From Candidatus Thorarchaeota archaeon (GTDB taxonomy: Archaea > Asgardarchaeota > Heimdallarchaeia > Hodarchaeales > Hodarchaeaceae), in contig JBHLRO010000048.1 of NCBI GenBank assembly GCA_048882505.1, positions 1 through 8,963 of the forward strand: DNA of 8,963 nt. Reading direction: 5' to 3'. The notes under the pieces are model-generated. The model ran no database searches, was not told the origin of the DNA, and saw only the letters and a program-made list of their open reading frames with translations. The first letter of the stretch is position 1. Each line of letters begins with the position of its first letter. The position numbers were made by a program, and so were the translations under genes. Below, one piece after another: positions 1-5,832 of the stretch.

Positions 1-117
1 CTCATCCACCCACACAAAAGACATCGTATCCATGGCCAGCCACGTATAGATGGTAAGGACTCCAGTAACCAGGGCCAACAGGATTACGGTTCCCTTATTC
101 CTTGTCCTGCTCAGCAT
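1..117 (-). CDS. N-terminal part of a membrane-anchored or secreted protein, running off the window start
   Basis: My translation from ATG at 117, open to position 1: MLSRTRNKGTVILLALVTGVLTIYTWLAMDTMSFVWVDE (basic N-terminus then a hydrophobic helix). AGTGA SD-like motif upstream. Starts about 30 nt after the stop of the DZR gene on the same strand. Not in the supplied ORF track. Confidence 0.6.
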   Translation of the reverse strand, partial: MLSRTRNKGTVILLALVTGVLTIYTWLAMDTMSFVWVDE

Positions 118-147
118 TCAATCACTAGCTTGCAATTCACAGGCTGA

Positions 148-489
148 TTACCCTCCCCCATAGTCCTGTTCTTCTGGTGGAAGCGCTGTTCCACAATTGT
201 TACACGTAACACTATCACTTCGATTGGCAAATTGGCATTCCGGACAGATTCTAGGGACTCCCGACGAAGCTATTCCTCTCTGGCCTATCCGTAAGGAGGG
301 CGTATGTTTTAGCAGCAAGTTCCCACCCAAAATCATCACCAGCAGCCCTAACACCCAAATTTTCGTTATTATCTGCACAGGCATCATGAGGAAGGTTACC
401 AATCCGATAAAAAACAGCATGAGGCCAATAAGCACTTTAAGACCTACCCAGTCCGAGATTTTTTCGTGCGCTTTCACCTTAAATCCCAC
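148..489 (-). CDS. Membrane protein with two TM helices and a C-terminal double zinc ribbon
   Basis: Two hydrophobic stretches (VGLKVLIGLMLFFIGLVTFLMM, IWVLGLLVMILGGNLLL) followed by CPECQFANRSDSVTCNNCG (CxxC-x10-CxxC). GTG start. Confidence 0.8.
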   Translation of the reverse strand: MGFKVKAHEKISDWVGLKVLIGLMLFFIGLVTFLMMPVQIITKIWVLGLLVMILGGNLLLKHTPSLRIGQRGIASSGVPRICPECQFANRSDSVTCNNCGTALPPEEQDYGGG

Positions 490-528
490 CTAACTCTTCT
501 ATCCAACACTTGCTGTAACAACGTAGCC

Positions 529-608
529 AGACATCAGATCGCTCCATTTCCACTGACTCTCCTCATCTGTTCGTCTCTTGCCTCCTAATCCTATCTGCCG
601 ATTGGGCC
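529..608 (+). repeat. Dispersed bipartite repeat, copy A (complete)
   Basis: Left arm AGACATCAGATCGCTCCATTT (529-549), pyrimidine-rich middle, right core TCCTAATCCTATCTGCCGATTGGGCC (583-608). Confidence 0.9.
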
Positions 609-741
609 ACAATAATCGGGATATTTTTGCTCCTACACCTTTGTTCCCTTCTAGATTATTACGATCTTCTCTAAACGATTTCAATAGAAGTAAAAGATAC
701 TCTCAAAATATAAACCAATCCCTCTCCAACGATTATTGTGG
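607..741. repeat. 135-nt segment bounded by a perfect 12-bp inverted repeat (possible MITE)
   Basis: CCACAATAATCG (607-618) is the exact reverse complement of CGATTATTGTGG (730-741). No target-site duplication seen. Confidence 0.4.
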
Positions 742-913
742 TACCTTCCCCATTCTTTGGAAAAAAACGGTGAAATCATTACCCTGCTAATCTTATAAAG
801 GTATGTTCATGGTGGTCTCGACCCAACTGTTCATGCACCTTTATACCAAGCGGTTCAAGACTCTAATCTGGAGACGAGAATCGACATCGAAGGTGTTGAA
901 GGGTGTGAAAGAC

Positions 914-1222
914 ATGGATAAAAGTAAAGATTTACGATGTACTGCGTGGAATAATGGAGGTAATGGGTGGGGGATCAGGATGGGAAAAGAACGCCACAAA
1001 ATAAGCAGGGATACTACATCTATAACGGTGAAACTAGCTGAAAAAACTATTGAACTCCCTATCAAGGATAGTTTTTGGACTACTTGTCCTGAAATTCGAA
1101 GTACAAAGATTAGAGAATTTTTCTTCCAACATGGCATCAATAAAGAGAACAAGACCAATTACTGGGTTATGCTTCATCAACAAAAAGATAGAGTCTTTGA
1201 TGTCACCATAAAACAGAGATAA
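914..1222 (+). CDS. Conserved-looking hypothetical protein (~102 aa, TAWNNG...SFW..CPE.RS motifs)
   Basis: Start moved from the track's 803 to ATG 914 (MDKSKDLRC...), which has GGGTGTGA upstream. The motifs CTAWNNGGNGWGIR and SFWTTCPEIRS resemble, from recollection and unverified, a widespread unnamed family. Confidence 0.75.
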   Translation: MDKSKDLRCTAWNNGGNGWGIRMGKERHKISRDTTSITVKLAEKTIELPIKDSFWTTCPEIRSTKIREFFFQHGINKENKTNYWVMLHQQKDRVFDVTIKQR

Positions 1223-1313
1223 AGTAACTTTCTATTCCAATGCCTTGTCATCTTTCAGCTTTGGTAAATCTACATCAGAAGCCAGAAGAAACACTGATCA
1301 TGAGGAACAGTCG

Positions 1314-2219
1314 ATGGAAGATGAATTAGAAACATTAATCAGCAAAATATGCACACAAATGCGGAGTTATCACGAGATAGACACTCTCAATGCTTTCCAA
1401 CAATTTCTATCTGCTCAACACCCTATTAAAACGTCTTTCATTAGTAATTCTGGGATCGACTTTAATAATAAGGTTCAAAGAATAAATTCCTTTTGGTTAA
1501 AGTCCTTTATGGCAATCCAGGTAGGGCAGGATCCTTTTTTCTATTCGAAATTAATATCTAATATGATATTTGGAGACAGATGGCATGAAAAACTAAAATC
1601 AACGTTGGGATCTAAGACTCTGGAGGAAGAAAAAACAAGAGAACCACTAGAATCACTTCAATTTTCAAAAAAAGATTATAATATTGTTGGATCCATGTTT
1701 TTTGTCCTTATGGTCGGATTAATAGAAGATTACTTAAGAAACTTAAATCTCGAAGTTATGGATACGGTCGAAAAGAGAATCGAAAAGAATAGATTAGGTG
1801 AATTAAGAAATAAGTATGTGAAAGGATCACTACTTAATAAAATTTGGGTAATATTTGATGAACTTGGTATTGAAGAGGTATTTGTTAAGAAAATATTAGA
1901 AAGAGAGAACTGTACAAGCTTTATTAATTCATTTAAACAGCTCGTAAATGATAGAAATAGAATCGCTCACAGTGGAAAGATCATTGATCTTTCCGACCTA
2001 GATTATGAAATCGATAGATTATCTCTATTATTAATTGATTTCATGACAGATCTGTTTGACTCTCAAATGAAAATTGCACGTTTTCCTAAATCTGAATACA
2101 AAGTCATAATTCAGAAATCAATGCCTTTTATGGTTTTTCTTTTTGCTATTTACATGAAGGTTGTTCCCTTACTGACAATTTTAGATCACTGCTTCATCTT
2201 CATCCGTAATTCCGGTTAA
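1314..2219 (+). CDS. HEPN-domain protein (putative RNase toxin or defence effector)
   Basis: RNRIAH matches the HEPN RxxxxH motif, in the typical helical context (FKQLVNDRNRIAHSG) and preceded by GLIEDYLR. Likely start ATG 1314 with TGAGGA SD 7 nt upstream; the track's TTG 1245 is less likely. Confidence 0.75.
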   Translation: MEDELETLISKICTQMRSYHEIDTLNAFQQFLSAQHPIKTSFISNSGIDFNNKVQRINSFWLKSFMAIQVGQDPFFYSKLISNMIFGDRWHEKLKSTLGSKTLEEEKTREPLESLQFSKKDYNIVGSMFFVLMVGLIEDYLRNLNLEVMDTVEKRIEKNRLGELRNKYVKGSLLNKIWVIFDELGIEEVFVKKILERENCTSFINSFKQLVNDRNRIAHSGKIIDLSDLDYEIDRLSLLLIDFMTDLFDSQMKIARFPKSEYKVIIQKSMPFMVFLFAIYMKVVPLLTILDHCFIFIRNSG

Positions 2220-2281
2220 AAAATGGAACTTCGACCACTTTTCTATGAAATTTCCTAAATGCACCTTGAAATGGCAGTTAA

Positions 2282-2325
2282 TCCTAATCCTATCTGACGA
2301 TCGGCCTACTCACTTCAAAACGATT
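2282..2325 (+). repeat. Dispersed repeat, copy B (right core plus extension; left arm degenerate or absent)
   Basis: TCCTAATCCTATCTGACGATCGGCCTACTCACTTCAAAACGATT; 35/44 identical to copy D by manual count. Confidence 0.9.
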
Positions 2326-2391
2326 TCCCTAGTGTTGTTTATCATAACAGCAGAAGGCAAATAATACCATAACTGATAAAATGGGGTTTAT

Positions 2392-3018
2392 ATGAAAATT
2401 AACAAGCTTTGGTATAGTAAGGACTCAAATGTATGGACTAACGCATTGGATAACTACTGGAGTTATATTAAACCCTCGAACATGGCGCTAGAGCGAGAAT
2501 TAGACTCACTGGATCCAATTATTGTAAGCAGAATTAATGTTTCAGAGTTTTACGCCTTTTTGCTACATAAATATTTTAAATGGAAGTATACCGCTCCTCA
2601 CAGGTATGCAAGTACAACGAAATTCCTTAAGCAGTACCCAAGCGGTACGATGTCTGATCTTGGCAAAATCAAAGAAGCTTTATTTCAATTTGACAAAAAT
2701 GATATCAAGAATGGATTGAAAATAGCTAATAAGATACGGGGATTAGGCCCTGCTGGTGCCTCGGGACTGCTGGCATTATTATTCCCCCAATACTATAGCA
2801 CTGTTGATCAGTTCGTGGTCAAAGCATTATCTGAGATTACGGATCTCCCCCAAAGAACTTTGATAATGAGAATGAAACCCGAATCATTGAGCTTGAAGGA
2901 TGGAGCTTTATTAATTCAGATAATGCGGGATAAAGCTAAAGCACTCAATACCGCTTTTAACACGAATTTTTGGACTCCCAGAAAAGTAGATATGGTGCTA
3001 TGGACCTATGGTAGGTAA
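2392..3018 (+). CDS. HhH-GPD-fold DNA glycosylase-like protein
   Basis: Helix-hairpin-helix IRGLGPAGASGLLALL followed by STVDQFV (VD motif carrying the conserved Asp), and C-terminal TPRKVDMVLW. GGGGT upstream of the ATG. Confidence 0.65.
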   Translation: MKINKLWYSKDSNVWTNALDNYWSYIKPSNMALERELDSLDPIIVSRINVSEFYAFLLHKYFKWKYTAPHRYASTTKFLKQYPSGTMSDLGKIKEALFQFDKNDIKNGLKIANKIRGLGPAGASGLLALLFPQYYSTVDQFVVKALSEITDLPQRTLIMRMKPESLSLKDGALLIQIMRDKAKALNTAFNTNFWTPRKVDMVLWTYGR

Positions 3019-3091
3019 AAATGGTAGCTTCAGGTTCCAACAAACTTCTCGATGAAGCAGGTGCTGAAAGCATCAAAAATTAATACATAAG

Positions 3092-3108
3092 CATCAGACC
3101 GACCCATT
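3092..3108 (+). repeat. Orphan left arm of the dispersed repeat
   Basis: CATCAGACCGACCCATT is 14/17 identical to copy A (532-548), and the three differences match copies F and G. Preceded by AAAAAT as in E, F and G. No right core follows at the expected distance. Confidence 0.7.
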
Positions 3109-3517
3109 AGATACTAGAGGGATTAAACCACGTTACGCCGCTAGAATTAATTTTTCGTTCTATTTCAAGGCGGTACATTCTATATTTGACGACGAAATTT
3201 GCCAGGTAAAATGCAAAAGCAAAGACCAGGAATACTGAAAAAAACGTTAAATTTCCAATCAAATTTTGAAGATTTGACCCTAGATATTCGTATAATACTA
3301 GAATAAGATTTAAGGAACTGGCAAGGATTGTTACCTTAGAAAAAGCCAATGATTCGAATCTTTTTCGAAATGTTGATCTTTTGTATAAGGGAATTGTAAC
3401 CTTCCAAAAATGATCTTTATAGATAAAGACTGAAAAAATGGAGAGAAGTAGAGTCACCGCGACATACCCAGTCATCTCTATTTGAAACGCAAAGAGTACC
3501 AGGACTATCGTACTCAT
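3107..3517 (-). CDS. Small membrane protein, 3 or more hydrophobic segments (5' end uncertain; start may be ATG 3475)
   Basis: Hydrophobic segments YVAVTLLLSIFSVFIY, VTILASSLNLILVLY and LTFFSVFLVFAFAFYLANFVV. Its stop overlaps the orphan repeat arm, and its 5' end overlaps the GTPase C-half head-to-head. Confidence 0.6.
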   Translation of the reverse strand: MSTIVLVLFAFQIEMTGYVAVTLLLSIFSVFIYKDHFWKVTIPLYKRSTFRKRFESLAFSKVTILASSLNLILVLYEYLGSNLQNLIGNLTFFSVFLVFAFAFYLANFVVKYRMYRLEIERKINSSGVTWFNPSSI

Positions 3518-3850
3518 ATCCTCAATCAGGACATCCCAATATATTTGGTTGGCTGTAAAGGCCTTCTACATAATAAAGCCAAAAGCAAATCATTCCGAAA
3601 GAAGACATTGAAATGGTTAGAGGAAAAAGCGGTCCGTTATGAGGTTGCTGAGGCCATAGACTTAGTAACCGGGGATTTCACGGAAAAGAAAAGTGCATGT
3701 TCAGGTGACGCGGTTTCAATGTCTGAAGGCAAGGAACAAGCAGCTAGGATGGGGGCAGCATATTACGAGGTCAATGTTTGGACAGATGGCCCATTGATTG
3801 AAGAAATCTTTCACGAGATTGTAAATAACCTACCAAAAACCAAGGGTTGA
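3482..3850 (+). pseudogene. C-terminal half of a degenerate Rab/Ras-like small GTPase
   Basis: DIPIYLVGCK (beta5/G4 region, canonical xPxxLVGNKxD), VSMSEGKEQAARMGAAYYEV (alpha4/beta6/G5) and IEEIFHEIV (alpha5). No P-loop. TTG start without SD, and an in-frame stop at 3449. Confidence 0.65.
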
Positions 3851-3892
3851 GGAAGTGAGGATGCTAAGAGGGGTCATAGATACCTTCATCGA

Positions 3893-3970
3893 GCTGTTCT
3901 AGAAAGGAACAGTCCAATCGTCAGATAGGATTAGTATAGATAAGACTTATCGAAAGGTAGAGGAGTGGGG
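3893..3970 (-). repeat. Dispersed repeat, copy C (middle plus right core, inverted; left arm missing)
   Basis: Reverse complement reads CCCCACTCCTCTACCTTTCGAT...ACTAATCCTATCTGACGATTGGACTGTTCCTTTCTAGAACAGC. 29-nt perfect match (3900-3928) to copy E (5439-5467); the middle CCTCTACCT-TTCGAT is shared with copy G. Confidence 0.9.
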
Positions 3971-4174
3971 CATCCAAGGAGCCTCCTGGCCTTTATTTGT
4001 TGAAATCCTAATATCTGCCATGTTCTGTTCGCGATAATAAACATCGAAATCAAGGGTGAATTCTACTCCTGTTCTAAATTCTGGTTCTTGAGTCAACTCT
4101 CGGAGAAATTTTGATTTCAATGAAGGAGGGCCCCCTACCGTTAGAACTCGTACAAATTGTTCGTTTTTGGCCAT
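3947..4174 (-). pseudogene. N-terminal half of a degenerate Rab/Ras-like small GTPase, truncated just after G3
   Basis: Likely start ATG 4174 with GAGGAG SD at 4185-4190. VRVLTVGGPPSLKS (degenerate G1), RTGVEF (Rab-like TxGVEF effector motif), ISTNKGQE (cf. WDTAGQE). The last codons (PHSSTFR*) are read from repeat copy C. Confidence 0.6.
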
Positions 4175-4325
4175 TTGGGTGCCACTCCTCGTTCTATTAC
4201 TCACCTAAAGGCGATCTGTTTCTTTTCCAGAGAAGACATAGGGGTAGATATCCCCTTTAAGAGTCCTTCATTCTAGGCCTTTCTACCAAAAATCCTGTTA
4301 CAATTACCTGTTTATTGGCTCTGTA

Positions 4326-4369
4326 TCCTCATCCGATCTGACAATCCGACCACTCGTTTCAACACGATT
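4326..4369 (+). repeat. Dispersed repeat, copy D (degenerate right core plus extension)
   Basis: TCCTCATCCGATCTGACAATCCGACCACTCGTTTCAACACGATT aligns without gaps to copies B and F. Confidence 0.75.
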
Positions 4370-4574
4370 CGTCCATGTAAGTATCTCAAGTTCAAACCGT
4401 AGCATACGGCTTATTTTCTGGGGCCTACCAGATCAAACATTCGCTGTATATCGGGAGCAATATTCATATTAATAATGGTCTTCTTACTCTGTTCCATCAT
4501 TTTCCTGTATTGATGGGCAACGGATCTAGTAATTGATTGAATATTGTGGAAGTAATTCATTTCCTCACGAATAA

Positions 4575-4985
4575 TTAGTATCGATACTCTTTAACTCTCA
4601 GATTCTGGATAGATGGTAAATCTTTCTCGGTAGTATGAAGAACAAGGCTTTCATTCAGTACATATGCAATGACTAAACAATCAAAGTACGAAAGTATTCT
4701 TCTATATTGACACTTTAATCCTCCTGCCTTCAGGATTATATCATTTGATAACGATACAAATATTACTGGATAATTCTTCTGGAAAGCACTTACGCTTGAT
4801 TCAGCAAAGGATTTCCCGTTGGCTATACATAAATGCTTGAATACTTCAACTAAAATCGGAAAAATAACATAAGCTTCAGTTTTTTGTTGTTTAATATCAT
4901 TCATGAGGCTTGTTATTTCTTTAGGCTCGTCCTTAGTAAAGTGAAGTGTGATAGGCCCTGTATCAAGACAGATTCTCCCAGGCAT
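4575..4985 (-). CDS. vapC: PIN-domain toxin (VapC family)
   Basis: N-terminal ICLDTG, ILVEV, LSYFDCLVIAYVLNESLVLHTTEKD follow the PIN acidic-residue pattern. ATG overlaps the antitoxin stop (TAATG at 4983-4987). Confidence 0.9.
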   Translation of the reverse strand: MPGRICLDTGPITLHFTKDEPKEITSLMNDIKQQKTEAYVIFPILVEVFKHLCIANGKSFAESSVSAFQKNYPVIFVSLSNDIILKAGGLKCQYRRILSYFDCLVIAYVLNESLVLHTTEKDLPSIQNLRVKEYRY

Positions 4986-5224
4986 TATTTTTCTAACTCC
5001 AGTTCGGCTTCCCTAGATCTTTTCAGGATTTCCAGCATTTGTTTTGTAGTAATAGATCGCTTTTGGAGAGTTTTAATACTCTCAAGTGGAATGATTTTCA
5101 ACATTCCTTCATCCTCTACGACGATAACTTGATCTCCATCTTGCAGGCCATATTTTCTCCTTAAACTAGCCGGAATAGTAACCATCCCACGATTGGTAAC
5201 TTTCACGATCCTATCAAGCGTCAA
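4985..5224 (-). CDS. vapB: AbrB/MazE/SpoVT-family antitoxin (VapB)
   Basis: IVKVTNRGMVTIPASLRRKYGLQDGDQV is the classic AbrB swapped-hairpin signature. TTG start with AAGTGAT upstream; translationally coupled to vapC. Confidence 0.9.
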   Translation of the reverse strand: MTLDRIVKVTNRGMVTIPASLRRKYGLQDGDQVIVVEDEGMLKIIPLESIKTLQKRSITTKQMLEILKRSREAELELEK

Positions 5225-5265
5225 TTCAAATCACTTAGTTATTTGAATCCTTACTAAGTATATAA
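5224..5265 (-). promoter_or_regulatory. Archaeal TATA promoter and candidate autoregulatory operator of vapBC
   Basis: TTATATAC on the - strand (5258-5265), 34 nt upstream of the start codon. Two interleaved perfect inverted repeats: ATTCAAAT (5224-5231)/ATTTGAAT (5241-5248) and ACTTAGT (5233-5239)/ACTAAGT (5253-5259). Confidence 0.55.
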
Positions 5266-5377
5266 GATTTATGCTTAGAGTTTGGCCATCTTTTGTTCCT
5301 TTTTTTTTCTATCTTTTTGAATTATCGGGGGTATGCGATATAGGACAACCTAGAAAAACCAGGAAAAAATGATCAAC

Positions 5378-5474
5378 AGACATCAGATGGCTCCATTTCC
5401 CCTGTTTTTCCACGATTGTCCTTTTTTCTATCCTAACACTATCTGACGATTGGACTGTTCCTTTCTAACATAGC
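5378..5474 (+). repeat. Dispersed repeat, copy E (complete)
   Basis: Left arm AGACATCAGATGGCTCCATTT (5378-5398); right core TCCTAACACTATCTGACGATTGGACTGTTCCTTTCTA (5431-5467). Confidence 0.9.
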
Positions 5475-5520
5475 TATAGTTTTCTACTCTATTATTGGTT
5501 AATTCGCATCTCTTATTTAA

Positions 5521-5832
5521 TCATATGAAAGAGTGATCATAATTCTTCACTCCTAAAAAGGTGATAAGTGAAATCATTTCTTCCCATCCTTGTTTTCGAA
5601 CTTTTCCCCTAATGAAAGATCCTCCTTTCTCGTTTAGGGTTCGCTTTATTGGAAGAAAGAAAGGTCCGTAATTTAGCTTATACGCATTTACACAAATATC
5701 TCTATAGTCATCAGTTTCATGCACAATTTCGAATTTTATCAGAATAGCTCCATGACCAAAGAGATGACTAAGGATCCCTCCTCTCTTTATTTTTATAAAG
5801 CCGCAGTCATTGATATCGGGTTCTTTTAAAAA
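5521..5832 (-). pseudogene. Start-less open frame, possibly the 3' remnant of an unknown gene
   Basis: The frame of track ORF 5521..5724 stays open to 5832 (...CGFIKIKRGGILSHLFGHGAILIKFEIVHETDDYRD...) with no ATG/GTG/TTG upstream of 5724, and overlaps the FG-GAP stop. Confidence 0.4.

Noticed and set aside
197-493. ORF 197..493 (+)
   Set aside because: Antisense shadow of the DZR membrane gene.
583-608. Repeat as a C/D-box sRNA because of CTGA
   Set aside because: No RTGATGA C box at a suitable position, and copy A has CTGC.
499-684. ORF 499..684 (-) and the idea that the repeat encodes a peptide (NRQIGLG...)
   Set aside because: The equivalent frame has stop codons in copies E and F, and E differs in length by 1 nt, so the repeat is non-coding.
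578-790. ORF 578..790 (+)
   Set aside because: Starts inside repeat A, has no SD and no recognisable motif.
841-1158. ORF 841..1158 (-)
   Set aside because: Antisense shadow of the 914..1222 gene.
2537-2719. ORF 2537..2719 (+)
   Set aside because: Alternate frame inside the HhH gene.
3153-3176. Plus-strand FRSISRRY, resembling the Rab FRSITRSYY motif missing from the split GTPase
   Set aside because: It lies antisense to a plausible membrane gene, the flanking residues are not GTPase-like, and the frame stops soon after; probably coincidence.
3861-3902. 13-aa ORF MLRGVIDTFIELF with GTGAGG upstream
   Set aside because: Too short to support, and it runs into the right extension of repeat C.
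4426-4441. Possible second orphan left arm TACCAGATCAAACATT
   Set aside because: Only ACCAGATC and CATT match, a gap is needed, and no right core lies downstream.
4240-4516. Short hairpins AGGGG/CCCCT (4240-4256), CCGTA/TACGG (4397-4409) and CCATCA/TGATGG (4494-4516)
   Set aside because: 5-6 bp stems are expected by chance and none has a clear terminator context.
4884-5132. ORF 4884..5132 (+)
   Set aside because: Antisense shadow of vapBC.
5371-5463. Repeat as a canonical integron attC site
   Set aside because: Only G has a perfect RYYYAAC (ATTCAAC) on the left. E has AAC...GTT, but GTTCCTT is not GTTRRRY and the spacing is wrong. A and F lack these boxes.
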